Positions 28,087 through 37,923 of a stretch of 64,000 nucleotides of DNA are shown piece after piece. Each line of letters opens with the position of its first letter. The stretch's first letter is position 1. The notes under the pieces were generated by a model. It saw only the letters and a program-made list of their open reading frames with translations. It was not told where the DNA came from and did not search any database. The position numbers and the translations under genes were made by a program. The DNA lies in assembly GCA_965222075.1 (NCBI GenBank), contig OZ244937.1:4352001-4416000 (forward strand), written 5' to 3'. Origin of the DNA: Candidatus Latescibacterota bacterium. Its GTDB lineage: Bacteria > Latescibacterota > UBA2968 > GCA-2709665.

Positions 28087-29487
28087 TTAGAACAACCCCT
28101 CCTGCGCCCCATCGTACGCATCGTGGCGGCGGCGGCGTTTGGAGATGGTGTCTTCGACGGTGTTTTTGGAGATGACTTCGTAGAGGACGGCCTGTTTGCC
28201 TTCGCGGCGGCGGAGGATGCGGCCGAGGCGCTGGACGTGTTCGCGGATGGAGCCGGTGCCGGAGAGGACGATGGCCACGTTGGCCTCGGGGATGTTGACG
28301 CCTTCGTTGAGGACGCGAGAGGTAATGAGGGCGAGGACGTCGCCCCGGTTGAAGGCCTGGAGGATGTCCCTGCGCTCGCGGGTGCGAGTCTGGTGGGTGA
28401 TGGCAGGGATGAGGAATTCCTCCGAGATGGTGTAGACGGTCTCGTTGTCGTTGGTGAAGATGAGGATGCGGTCGCGGGGGTGGCGCTTGAGGAGGTCTTC
28501 GAGGACGCGCAGCTTGGCCGCCGTGCCCAGGGCGAGTTTGCGGTAGCGGCGGTAGGCGAGCATGGCCCGGCGGCCGGCGCTGGAGCGGGCGGAGAGGCGG
28601 ACGAAATTCTGCCAGCCGTTTGTGGTGCCGAGTTTGAGGTTTTTGCTGTCCAGAAATTTGGTGAATTCGGCGCGGGCGGCCTCGTAGTGTCCGCGCTCTT
28701 CGGCGACCATGTCGACCTGGATGCGTTCGGTGCCGTATTCGGAGAGGTAGTCTCCGGAGAGCTCCCGGATGCCCTTTTCATAGACGGTGGGGCCGACGAG
28801 GCCGGACAGGAGGAGATGCCTCCCGTCGGGGCGCTCCAGGGTGGCGGTGAGGCCGAGGCGATAGGGGGCGATGGCCATTTCGGCGCTGTGGCTGTAGATC
28901 TGGCCCGGGAGGTGGTGGATTTCGTCGAAGATGAGCATGCCAAAGCGGTTGCCGTAGCGGTCCATGTGCATGTAGGCGCTGTCGTAGGTGGTAACGGTGA
29001 GGTCGTCGATTTCGTGGTAGCCGCCGCCGAGGATGCCGACCTCCCGGCCGAAGGCGTCGGTGAGGAGGTCGTACCACTGGTTCATCAGGTCGATGGTGGG
29101 GGCTACGATGAGGGTGCTGCGGGCAATGTCGGCGAGAGCCATGAGGGCCAGGTGGGACTTTCCGGAGCCGGTGGGGAGGACGACGACGCCCCTGCGACCG
29201 CCGGCGCGCCAGGCCTGGAGGGCCTCGGCCTGGTAAGGATGGGGGGGGTGCTGGGACCTGAGGTCGAGCTTGAGGCGGTTGTAGCGGGGAACGATGTTCC
29301 GGATGTCGACCCCCTGGGCCTGGAGGGTTTCCACGATTTCCCGGTAGCGGTGGGCCAGCGCCCGCCAGCGCCCGACCCGGCTGTCCCAGACAAAGGGGCC
29401 GGGAGGTTCGAAGTCATCCTCGACATCCAGGAGGACGAGGGTGCCTTCGTCAAAGGCGAGCCGTATTTCAGGGTTGGAATCGGACAT
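28087..29487 (-). CDS. XPB/Rad25-like SF2 DNA helicase
   Basis: PYQAEAL, LPTGSGKS, DEIHHL, LGLTAT, LNEGVNIP and QRLGRILR. Start at the ATG at 29487. Confidence 0.9.
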   Translation of the reverse strand: MSDSNPEIRLAFDEGTLVLLDVEDDFEPPGPFVWDSRVGRWRALAHRYREIVETLQAQGVDIRNIVPRYNRLKLDLRSQHPPHPYQAEALQAWRAGGRRGVVVLPTGSGKSHLALMALADIARSTLIVAPTIDLMNQWYDLLTDAFGREVGILGGGYHEIDDLTVTTYDSAYMHMDRYGNRFGMLIFDEIHHLPGQIYSHSAEMAIAPYRLGLTATLERPDGRHLLLSGLVGPTVYEKGIRELSGDYLSEYGTERIQVDMVAEERGHYEAARAEFTKFLDSKNLKLGTTNGWQNFVRLSARSSAGRRAMLAYRRYRKLALGTAAKLRVLEDLLKRHPRDRILIFTNDNETVYTISEEFLIPAITHQTRTRERRDILQAFNRGDVLALITSRVLNEGVNIPEANVAIVLSGTGSIREHVQRLGRILRRREGKQAVLYEVISKNTVEDTISKRRRRHDAYDGAQEGLF

Positions 29488-29543
29488 GGAAAATTCAAGA
29501 AAATTTTCAATTCGGGAGGGGGAGAAAGGAGGCCGCAAGGTAC

Positions 29544-29680
29544 TTAACGGCGCCGGGACACCCGGCCTGTCGAGGGAAGAAACAAGAGGTGGTAGACCTG
29601 CTGTCAAGAGCGGTCTACGAACGGGTGTTCGGCCGGTACGAGCGTCTGGTACCCCCATTCCAGGGGGTGCTGGAACGCCG
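29544..29680 (+). ncRNA. Multi-hairpin non-coding element resembling an IS110-family 5' non-coding end (putative orphan bridge RNA)
   Basis: Stems GCCGGG/CCCGGC, GTAGACC/GGTCTAC and GCGT-CTGGTACCCC/GGGGTGCTGG-ACGC. The motif string GAGGTGGTAGACCTG...GCGGTC...GGCCG..AC.AGCG.CTGG is recalled from IS110 leaders. Confidence 0.5.
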
Positions 29681-29697
29681 GTTCAGGGAGCAGAACA

Positions 29698-30498
29698 CTA
29701 CACCAGTTCTTTGAGGCGTTCGAGGCATTTCGCGTAGCCGACGGAGCCTTCATCCCCTTCGTACTCGATGCACCAGACGCCGGGGTAACCGGCGTTTTCG
29801 AGGGTTTGAACCGCTCTGGGGATGTCGATTTCTCCTTCGCCCAGGACCCTGCCCCGGTAGTCGTCCAGGACGCCGGTACCGTCCTTGATATGGGTGTGAC
29901 GGGCGTGGGGAGCGACGGTTTCGTAAAACTGGGCGACGGTGTCTAAGTCGTGACCGGCAAAGCGGTAGTTCATGGTATCCATGGCGGCGGCCACGTAAGG
30001 GGAATCAATTTCCTTGAGGATGTGGACCTGGCGATCCCCATCGTTTGTAAGGGGGCTGTGGTTGTCCACGGCGAGGACGATTCGGTCGCGCTCGATGAAG
30101 TCGAGGCAACGTTTGAGGCCTTTGAGAGTGGCTTCCATAGATTTCTCGTAAGGCGGCTCGTCCTGGGGAAAACAACTGGATTCGGTGCGGACGACCGAGG
30201 CGCCCAGGATTTTGGCCAGCCAGCTGATGCGTTCCATTCGCCGGACCTGGCGCTGAATTTCTTCCGCGTCAGGCTGGGCGAAGTTGTTTCCGGCGCCAAG
30301 CGCGCAGATCCGGATGCCGGCAGCCTCGGCCTGTTCGCGGACCTGTTCGGCGCGGGCCTCGGGGCTTTCTTCCCCCGCAGGCCAGACGTCCCCGGGCATG
30401 AGCTCGACCGCGTCGAAGCCGGTTTGAGCTGCGAATTCGAAAAAGTCATCCAGGGTCTTAAGGTCGGGCAGGTTGTAGTGAATAAGTCCGTAGGCCAT
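29698..30498 (-). CDS. Sugar phosphate isomerase/epimerase (AP endonuclease 2 TIM barrel)
   Basis: GFDAVEL, DNH, DTMN, HTHIKD, LGEGEID and CIEYE. Confidence 0.88.
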   Translation of the reverse strand: MAYGLIHYNLPDLKTLDDFFEFAAQTGFDAVELMPGDVWPAGEESPEARAEQVREQAEAAGIRICALGAGNNFAQPDAEEIQRQVRRMERISWLAKILGASVVRTESSCFPQDEPPYEKSMEATLKGLKRCLDFIERDRIVLAVDNHSPLTNDGDRQVHILKEIDSPYVAAAMDTMNYRFAGHDLDTVAQFYETVAPHARHTHIKDGTGVLDDYRGRVLGEGEIDIPRAVQTLENAGYPGVWCIEYEGDEGSVGYAKCLERLKELV

Positions 30499-30531
30499 TG
30501 TTGTTCTCCACAGAAAAGAAGGTCTGAAGGA

Positions 30532-31157
30532 TCACCGGGTGTTCATTCGGATGAGGAAGTCGCGGGTGTCTAAGTGGGCGACCGATTCTTTCAGGAAGGT
30601 CTGCAGGAGTCCATCCGGGCTTAAGTCGGAGGTGTCGATTTCGAATTTACGCTTAATCCAGGAGGAGCGGAATTCCTGCTGGAACTGCGCGAGGATCTCC
30701 TGGATGTCCCCTTTCGGGACGACGGGATAGTCGTGCGGGGTCTCTTCCATCCGCTTTTCGATGACATCCGGGCGGGCCGTGAGGTGGACGAGAATGGTGT
30801 CGGGCGGCTGACCTCCCAGGCCCTCGGGGTTTCGGCGATTCGGCCGATGTCGGGATAATAGTAGCGGGGACCGTAGATGTATTCTTCGATGTGAAAGCCC
30901 CCCAAGAGGATGTGCTCGTATTTGTTGATGAGGCGGACATGGTAGGCGAGTTGAAAGCGCTGGTAGCGTTCTTTGAGGATCTGGGGGAGGCTGCGCATGG
31001 TCTCCTGATCCTCTTTTGACTTGAGCATCTGGCAGTCGGGGATGGAAAAGTGGTCGTCTAAGTGGTGGTGGATGCCCCGGTCATGCCCCCACGCCATGAG
31101 GCCCTGGAAGAGGATGGTCTTGCCGGTGTACTCGCAGCCGATGGCGACGATGCGCAT
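30532..31157 (-). pseudogene. Frameshifted P-loop (nucleotide kinase-like) protein
   Basis: GCEYTGKT Walker A. The frame shifts at about 30810 into PPDTILVHLTARPDVIEKRMEE..., ending at 30532. This is either a pseudogene or an assembly indel. Confidence 0.7.
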
Positions 31158-31190
31158 GGGTATGTCTCCTGTGGTGAAGATGGATTGTTG

Positions 31191-31210
31191 GGGCACGGCA
31201 TGCCGTGCCC
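31191..31210. repeat. GTAG-family REP-like palindrome GGGCACGGCATGCCGTGCCC
   Basis: Perfect 20-bp palindrome. Related copies at 6202-6226 and 23373-23393 end in CCCCTAC. Confidence 0.7.
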
Positions 31211-31616
31211 GTACGGTGCCCATCTACGGTTTGTTCGGTTGGGATGGGGTTATGTCTACCTTGATCTGAGCCGTGAATGAAGAATTGAGACAAAGAAGGG
31301 GCAGGCGAATACCAGGCGGCGGCGGACGGCAGACGGCGGATTTCTCGGCGCGGAGATTCGGGCGAATCGATCATAAGTCACACTCGCTTTTTTGTGTATG
31401 GCCCTTATATTGATGGTAAGATAATACACAGCGCCGAGAGATACAAGGGAATGTTTAGGGTAAAAGGTGGAAGGGGCGATACCGCAAGGTCGTGGGCCGG
31501 TATCGCCTTATCTTTATTCCCCTTTACCAGCAGTAGACCGTTGAGGTCTCGCAGATTCTCATCCAGACGGAGAAGACGTACCGCTAATTGTGATAGGGAC
31601 ATTTGTTTGAAAACCC

Positions 31617-31645
31617 TTGACAGTGTATGAGCGCTATGTTATCTT
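31617..31645 (+). promoter_or_regulatory. Sigma70 promoter for tRNA-Asp
   Basis: TTGACA-17 nt-TATCTT with an extended -10 TG, about 46 nt upstream of the tRNA. Confidence 0.7.
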
Positions 31646-31691
31646 TAGGCCGTTGCTGGAGTTCGGCTTTGGCCGATTGCAGCACCTGTGC

Positions 31692-31770
31692 GGGGTAGTA
31701 GCTCAGTTTTGGTTAGAGTGTCGGCCTGTCACGCCGAAGGTCGCGGGTTCGAGCCCCGTCTACCCCGCCA
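31692..31770 (+). tRNA. tRNA-Asp (GTC)
   Basis: Acceptor GGGGTAG/CTACCCC, anticodon arm TCGGC-CTGTCAC-GCCGA, T loop TTCGAGC and encoded CCA. Confidence 0.97.
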
Positions 31771-31774
31771 ATAA

Positions 31775-31835
31775 ATCACGGAGGGCCACGGAATCCCGCC
31801 CTGCCGCTGCCCTGCTACACAGTAGGGTCATGGAA
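31775..31835 (+). repeat. Dispersed intergenic repeat (ATCACGGAGGGCC...CCTGCCGC...TGCTACAC...AGGGT family)
   Basis: Similar copies at about 38279-38330 and 45193-45250, a partial copy at 31861 and a related end at 35505. Confidence 0.6.
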
Positions 31836-32049
31836 CCTCCGCTCTGCCCCCACCCCGATGGACGGAGGGCTACGGAGTTTCTGCTGCTCGACGCTTTGAT
31901 TTTTAGGTGTCGGGTATTTTTTTGAGTGTATGTGGGCAGGGATTGCGTGATCCGATCGCGTGTACGTTACCACCCATTTCGCAGCGTTAGGGGTGGGTAT
32001 TGGTGTGTACAAAAGTGGAGAATTTTCTCTTGTTGGTGAAGGGGTTTGC

Positions 32050-35000
32050 ATGTCGATCCAACGGGTCTACAACCGGATGAAGGACACGGAGCCCTTCCAG
32101 GCGCTTGCGCGGCGGCTGGAGGCGGGGGAGGGGGAGGTCGCGATGCGGGGGGTGCAGGGATCGCTGGCGGCGTTTGCGCTGGCCTGGATCGAGGAAGTGG
32201 TGCCCGGACCGGTGGTGGTTGTGTGCGCCACAGAGGAGCGGGCCGAGGCGGTGCGGGACGATTTGGAGCGGGTGATGGGGCCGGAGGGGGTGGGCATGTT
32301 TCCGACCTGGGGCGGGTCGCCCTACGACGGGCGGTCTCCGCACTTGGATGTGATGGGGCTGCGGGTGGAGGCGCTGGACCAATTGGGGCAGGGTGCCGGT
32401 GGGGTGGTGGTGGCGCCTGTTGGGGCGTTGATGGAGCATACGATCTCCCCTGACCTGTTTGCGCTTTCGGTGCAGGAGGTGCGGGAGGGGCAGGAGGTGG
32501 ACCTGCGCGGGCTGGCCGACCACTTAGTGGAGATCGGGTACGAGCGGGTGAGCTTAGTGGAAGGGATGGGGCAGTTCAGCGTGCGGGGCGGGATTTTAGA
32601 CGCATGTTCGTTTGGCAATGCGCACCCGGTGCGCTTGGAGTTATTCGGAGATGAGGTGACCTCGATCCGGGCGTTCGATATCGGGAGCCAGCGCTCGGTG
32701 GAAGAGATGGCATCGGTGCGGTTGCTGCCCTGCCGGGAGGCGGTACTGGTGGGGACGATGGCGGAGGTGTACGACGAGAACTTAGCGAGGGCAGAACAGG
32801 CGTTCGGGCTGGACCTGACGGTGCTGCGGGAGACACTGGAGGGCCAGGGGCTGTTCGACGGGCTGGAGCACTATCTGGGCGCGCTGTACAGGGACAAGAC
32901 GTGCCTGCTGGACCACGTGTCGGAGGGGTGTGTGGTGGTGGACGACCCGGAGGGGGTGGCCGAGGCCGCGCACGAACTCTGGGAGAAGCTCGTTCTGGCG
33001 GCGGAGCGACAGAAGCCCCGCCGGGGCGAGCCGGAACCGCTTCCGGCAGCGGGAGTGCTGCGGTCGGCCGGGGCAGTCCTGGACCGGCTGGGCGAGATGC
33101 GCCGGGTGCTCAACCGGACGCTGGGGGGAAGTGGGGAGGCCGGCGTGGATTTCAAAGGGACGGGTGGACGCCGCTACGAGGGCCACTTAGAAGTGTTTCA
33201 GGAGGACCTGCGCGGGTTCTGGCAGGAGGACGACGAGGTTGTGCTGCTGTGTGAGAGCCAAGGGCAGCAGGCCCGGTTTGAGGATCTGCTGGGTGAGGCC
33301 GCCAACCTGGTTTCCATTTTTGTGGGGACCCTGCAGGGCGGGTTCCGGTATGCGCCGGGACGGGTAGTTGTGGTCAACGACCACGAGATTTACAGCCGGT
33401 ACCGGCGGCGGCGGCGGTATCGACGGTTCCAGGAGGGGACGCCCATCCGTACGGTTTCGGCGCTGCAGCGCGGGAATTTTGTCGTGCACATGGACTATGG
33501 GATCGGGCAGTTTGAGGGGATTGAGCACCTGAAGGTAGACGGGGTCAGCCGGGACTGTTTGAAACTGTCTTACCGGGAGGGAGATCGGGTATTCGTGCCT
33601 GTGGACCAGATGGACCGGGTGCAGAAGTACGCCAGCCAGGAGGGCGCGGTTCCGGTTTTGAGCAAGCTGGGCACCGCGACGTGGGAGCGGGTCAAGGAAC
33701 GCACGCGGAAGGCGATTTTTAAGATGGCAGCAGAACTGGTGTCGCTGTACGCGGACCGGAAGGCCCGACCCGGCACGGTATTTTCACCAGATACCTCCCT
33801 GCACAAGGCCTTAGAGGCTTCGTTTCCTTACCAGGAGACGATGGGCCAGCTCCAGACGATAGAAGAGGTCAGGCAGGATATGGAGCAGCCAGCGTCGATG
33901 GACCGGCTGGTGTGCGGGGATGTGGGCTACGGGAAGACCGAGGTGGCGATCCGAGCGGCGTTCAAGGCGGTGGCCGATGGAAAACAGGTGGCGGTCTTAG
34001 CCCCGACCACCATTTTGGCGCAGCAGCACTACCGGACCTTTCAGGAGCGGATGGACGCGCTGCCGGTGACGGTGGAGGTGCTGAGCCGGTTTCGCACGGC
34101 CAGAGAGCAGCACCGCGTGATCGAGGGGCTGCTCTCTGGCCGGGTGGATATCGTGGTGGGCACACACAGGCTGCTTTCCAAGGATGTGGGGTTTAACGAC
34201 CTGGGGCTGTTGGTTGTGGATGAAGAGCACCGATTCGGGGTGCGGCACAAGGAGCGGTTGAAGCAGTTCAAGCGCCTGGTGGAGGTGCTGACGCTTACGG
34301 CGACGCCGATTCCCAGGACGCTGCACATGTCCTTGATGGGCGCCCGGGATATGTCGATAATCCGCACCCCGCCCAGGGACCGGCTGCCGATTACGACCGA
34401 AGTCCTGCCCTTTGACGAGGAGCGGATCGCAGAGGCGGTGCTGCGGGAGGTGGACCAGGGGGGGCAGGTCTATTTTGTGCACAACCGGGTGCAATCGATG
34501 CCGGCGATGGTTGCGTTTTTGGAGCGCCTGTTGCCCCAGGTGCGGTTTGGGGTGGGGCACGGCCAGATGCCTGAGCGCCAGCTTGAGCAGGTGATGATGG
34601 CGTTCTTAGAGGGGAAGTACGACTGCCTGATCTCGACCATGATCATCGAGTCGGGGCTGGATATTCCCAGTGTGAATACGCTGATTGTGAACCGGGCCGA
34701 CCGCCTGGGGTTGGCGCAGCTCTACCAGCTCCGCGGGCGAGTGGGTCGGTCCAGCCAGCAGGCCTACGCCTACCTGCTGATTCCCTCCTGGAAGGCGCTT
34801 TCGCGCGCAGCGGTTCGGCGGCTGCGGGCGATTGAGGAGTTCTCGGACTTAGGATCGGGCTTCCACGTCTCCATGCGGGATATGGAGATCCGGGGGACAG
34901 GCAACATGCTGGGGGAACAGCAGCATGGACATATCGTGGCGGTGGGGTTTGACCTCTACTGCCGGTTGCTGGACGAGGCGGTGCGGCAGATCAAGGGGGA

Positions 35001-35454
35001 GGAGACCGGGCCGGCGGTTGAACCGGACGTGCAGATTTCGGTCTCGGCCTATATTCCGGAGGCCTATATTTCTGATGCAGACCTGAAGATGCAGTTTTAC
35101 CAGCGTGTGGGGGAGTGTCGACAGACGGTGGAGATCTTGGCGATCGAAGAGGAGTTGGAGGATCGGTTCGGACTGCTGCCCGAACCGACGGCCGCGTTGA
35201 TGGACACCATTCAGGTAAAGATCCTGGCCCGCCAGCTCCGGTTGAGCGCGGTTCGGGTGGGGGGGGCTCTGACGATGCAGTTTCCCCCCGAACGGGTGCT
35301 GAGCCGGAAGGAGGTAGAGGAGATGGTGGGCCGGTCGCCTCTGGCCCTGCAGTTCTTTCTGGGGGAGGAGGCGCGTGTGGAGGTTGAGCTACAGGGGAAG
35401 GGCCCGCGAGAGCGGCTGGCCTGTGCGAAAAAGGTGTTGCAGAGCCTGATTTGA
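32050..35454 (+). CDS. mfd: Transcription-repair coupling factor Mfd
   Basis: UvrB-like N-terminus, RID domain (VVHMDYGIG), GDVGYGKTEVA, DEEHRFG, QLRGRVGRS and TRCF C-terminus. Confidence 0.97.
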   Translation: MSIQRVYNRMKDTEPFQALARRLEAGEGEVAMRGVQGSLAAFALAWIEEVVPGPVVVVCATEERAEAVRDDLERVMGPEGVGMFPTWGGSPYDGRSPHLDVMGLRVEALDQLGQGAGGVVVAPVGALMEHTISPDLFALSVQEVREGQEVDLRGLADHLVEIGYERVSLVEGMGQFSVRGGILDACSFGNAHPVRLELFGDEVTSIRAFDIGSQRSVEEMASVRLLPCREAVLVGTMAEVYDENLARAEQAFGLDLTVLRETLEGQGLFDGLEHYLGALYRDKTCLLDHVSEGCVVVDDPEGVAEAAHELWEKLVLAAERQKPRRGEPEPLPAAGVLRSAGAVLDRLGEMRRVLNRTLGGSGEAGVDFKGTGGRRYEGHLEVFQEDLRGFWQEDDEVVLLCESQGQQARFEDLLGEAANLVSIFVGTLQGGFRYAPGRVVVVNDHEIYSRYRRRRRYRRFQEGTPIRTVSALQRGNFVVHMDYGIGQFEGIEHLKVDGVSRDCLKLSYREGDRVFVPVDQMDRVQKYASQEGAVPVLSKLGTATWERVKERTRKAIFKMAAELVSLYADRKARPGTVFSPDTSLHKALEASFPYQETMGQLQTIEEVRQDMEQPASMDRLVCGDVGYGKTEVAIRAAFKAVADGKQVAVLAPTTILAQQHYRTFQERMDALPVTVEVLSRFRTAREQHRVIEGLLSGRVDIVVGTHRLLSKDVGFNDLGLLVVDEEHRFGVRHKERLKQFKRLVEVLTLTATPIPRTLHMSLMGARDMSIIRTPPRDRLPITTEVLPFDEERIAEAVLREVDQGGQVYFVHNRVQSMPAMVAFLERLLPQVRFGVGHGQMPERQLEQVMMAFLEGKYDCLISTMIIESGLDIPSVNTLIVNRADRLGLAQLYQLRGRVGRSSQQAYAYLLIPSWKALSRAAVRRLRAIEEFSDLGSGFHVSMRDMEIRGTGNMLGEQQHGHIVAVGFDLYCRLLDEAVRQIKGEETGPAVEPDVQISVSAYIPEAYISDADLKMQFYQRVGECRQTVEILAIEEELEDRFGLLPEPTAALMDTIQVKILARQLRLSAVRVGGALTMQFPPERVLSRKEVEEMVGRSPLALQFFLGEEARVEVELQGKGPRERLACAKKVLQSLI

Positions 35455-35504
35455 TGGCGTATATTTCTGGGTATTCGGAACTTTTTTATCTTTGAGCAGT
35501 TAGT

Positions 35505-35649
35505 ATCACGGAAGGGCCTCGGAACCCTTCTCCCCGTCCTCCCTGGAAGGCAGGGAGCCACCCCCCACAGCCCCAGGGAAGGGTAGGGTCTTGGGGGTGG
35601 GGTCGGGATGGGTTCCTGGGGTTCCATGCCGGGGGTGGGATTCCGTGAT
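35505..35649. repeat. MITE-like element with 9-bp terminal inverted repeats
   Basis: ATCACGGAA...TTCCGTGAT with internal GGAACCC/GGGTTCC arms. The left end matches the ACGGAGGG repeat family. Confidence 0.5.
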
Positions 35650-35670
35650 TTCCATAGTCAAAGGAGGGCG

Positions 35671-36531
35671 GTGGTTACGGCGAGGCAGGGACAGAGGTAT
35701 CGGACTGCGGTGTCTTGTCTGATCGCTGCTGCTGGTCTGAGTGGTCTGTTGGGGTGCCGGGGAGAGCCGAAGGGGACATTGGTGGCGAGGGTGGGCGCGG
35801 CGCGGTTGACGCTGCAGGATATTGAGTCGCACGTTCCGGTCCAGATCGCGGGCAAGGTCACGGCCCGGGAAAAGAAGCGCCTTGTGGAGGGGTGGGTGGA
35901 GGAGGAGTTGCTCTACCAGGAGGCGTTGCGGCGAAAGCTCGATGAGGATCCGGACGTGGCCATTCGGGTCTCCAGGGCGACTCGGGATCTGCTGATTGCC
36001 GAACTCTTGGAGCGGGAATTCAGACGGGACGCGGATGTTTCGGGGGATGACATCCGGTCCTATTACGAGGCCCAACAGGAAGAGTTTATCCGGGACGAGC
36101 CGGAGATCCGGGTGCGGCATATCCTGGTTAAGAGCCGAAGCGAACGAAACCGGGTGTGGGAACGTCTTCAGAACGGCGAACGCTTCGATCAGGTGGCCCG
36201 GGAGGCATCCCTTGACGCGTCTGCAGATGTTGGTGGCGACTTGGGCTATTTTACCGAAGATATGGTCGATCCCTCTTTCTGGGAGGTCTGTCAAAAGGCC
36301 AAGCCGGGCCGACAGATTCCGACGGTTAGCCGGCTGGGGCACCATGTCATTGAGGTCCTGAACCGGCGTGAGACGGGTTCGGTGAAGGAGCTGTCGGAGG
36401 TGTGGGGAGAAATTCGACAGCGTATCTTAGCAGAGCGCCGGCAAGCGCGGCGGTTTGAACTGCTGACCGTGCTGCGCAACCGGGTGCCCTGGTCTGTTGC
36501 ATTAGATGCGATAGGCGTGAAGCGTAAATGA
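35671..36531 (+). CDS. PpiC-type peptidyl-prolyl isomerase lipoprotein (PrsA-like)
   Basis: Lipobox LLGC, VRHILV and GGDLGYF. AAGGAGG before the GTG at 35671. Confidence 0.85.
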   Translation: MVTARQGQRYRTAVSCLIAAAGLSGLLGCRGEPKGTLVARVGAARLTLQDIESHVPVQIAGKVTAREKKRLVEGWVEEELLYQEALRRKLDEDPDVAIRVSRATRDLLIAELLEREFRRDADVSGDDIRSYYEAQQEEFIRDEPEIRVRHILVKSRSERNRVWERLQNGERFDQVAREASLDASADVGGDLGYFTEDMVDPSFWEVCQKAKPGRQIPTVSRLGHHVIEVLNRRETGSVKELSEVWGEIRQRILAERRQARRFELLTVLRNRVPWSVALDAIGVKRK

Positions 36532-36572
36532 TCGTGAAAAGAAGGTCACGGGTCAAGAGAAGAAGGTATAGA

Positions 36573-37832
36573 ATGGGCAGCGTATTTTTGAGGGTGATAT
36601 GGGTGGGTGCGCTGATTGTGGGTGCCTGGACCCCGGCGAGTGCGAAGCCTCAACTGGTGGACCGGATTGTGGCGGTGGTGGACGACGAGATCGTGCTGTA
36701 CTCGGAGGTGGTGACGCATTTGCGCTTGGCGGTTATGCAACAGGGCGGCAGGGATCTGGAATCGGGTGAGCTCGAAGCGCTGTTTCAGACCGTCTTAAAG
36801 GGGATGGTGGATGAAAAACTCCTGCTGGCCAGGGCCGAGGAGGACAGTATCGAGGTGGACGATGAGCGGGTGGAGGAGGCCCTACGGGCGGAGTTGCGTG
36901 GGCTCAAGGCGCAATATGGAGAAGAGCAGTTTGCACAGCAACTCCAGCAGGATGGATTGACGGAAAGGGAGATTCGGGAACAGCTCCGGCAGAAGTACCG
37001 AAAGGACTTTCTGAGACAGGCGATGTATGGTAAGTTGGCCGAGAAGGTCACCGTGTCTTACAAGGATGTGGAGGCATTCCGAAAGGAGTACCGGGAGCAG
37101 TTGCCGTCGCTGTTGGGCATCAGCCATATTCTGATCGAGATCAAACCTTCTGAGGACCGGCAGGCAGGGGCCCTGAAGCGGGCGGCGGCCCTGCTGGAGC
37201 GCATCCGGAGAGGAGAGGATTTTGGGGAACTGGCCCGCCAGTATTCGGAGGATCCAGGCAGCGCTCCGGGAGGGGGAGACCTTGGATTCTTTGCGCGGGG
37301 CGGGTTTGTGCCGGAGTTCGAGGAGAAGGCGTTTGCTCTTAAACCGGGTGAAGTCAGCGAACCTGTAAAGACCGAATTCGGGTATCACATCATCCGGGTG
37401 GACGCGGTGAGGGGCGACCAGATCCAGGTGCGTCATATCCTGATTGCAATGAAGCCGGACGAGGTGGATGCACAGGCGGCCTATCAGTCGACTCTGGAGC
37501 TTTACGAACGGACCCAGGCGGGCGAAGACTTCGCCGAGTTGGCCAAGCAGCATTCGACAGATCAGGGAAGCGCAGAGTTAGGGGGGCACCTCGGGGCTTT
37601 TCTGGTGGAGAATCTGCCCGCAGCCTTTAAGGGTGTGATTGGGGGGATGAAGCTGGGGGAGGTGAGTTCCCCGGTTCGGACCGAGTTTGGGTGGCACCTG
37701 GTTAAACTGAATGACGACCGGGAGTCTCTTGAAGACATTCTAAAACAGCTCCGGATGCAGAAGCTTTTCCAGGAGGTTCTCGACGAGACCCGGAAAAAGC
37801 TCTACGTTGATATCCGGGCAGAGGAAAGGTAG
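36573..37832 (+). CDS. surA: SurA-like chaperone with two parvulin domains
   Basis: [17 protein letters not shown] and two rotamase domains (SEDPGSA..GGDLG; TEFGYHII / TEFGWHLV). Confidence 0.88.
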   Translation: MGSVFLRVIWVGALIVGAWTPASAKPQLVDRIVAVVDDEIVLYSEVVTHLRLAVMQQGGRDLESGELEALFQTVLKGMVDEKLLLARAEEDSIEVDDERVEEALRAELRGLKAQYGEEQFAQQLQQDGLTEREIREQLRQKYRKDFLRQAMYGKLAEKVTVSYKDVEAFRKEYREQLPSLLGISHILIEIKPSEDRQAGALKRAAALLERIRRGEDFGELARQYSEDPGSAPGGGDLGFFARGGFVPEFEEKAFALKPGEVSEPVKTEFGYHIIRVDAVRGDQIQVRHILIAMKPDEVDAQAAYQSTLELYERTQAGEDFAELAKQHSTDQGSAELGGHLGAFLVENLPAAFKGVIGGMKLGEVSSPVRTEFGWHLVKLNDDRESLEDILKQLRMQKLFQEVLDETRKKLYVDIRAEER

Positions 37833-37923
37833 TTGCGAGTTGTGAGTAGCGAGTCAAAGCGCGAGAGTGCGGGGTGTGGGGACTCGGACCTGGAGAGTGG
37901 CGGAGTGAAGGGGGGATTTGGCT

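Noticed and set aside
31473-31510. Hairpin GGCGATACC...GGTATCGCC upstream of the tRNA promoter as an sRNA
   Set aside because: It is a single isolated stem-loop with no second copy or family resemblance, so it is more likely a terminator-like or repeat remnant.
31692-31960. tRNA-Asp as an integration site for an island
   Set aside because: No integrase and no duplicated tRNA 3' end were seen. Housekeeping mfd follows directly.
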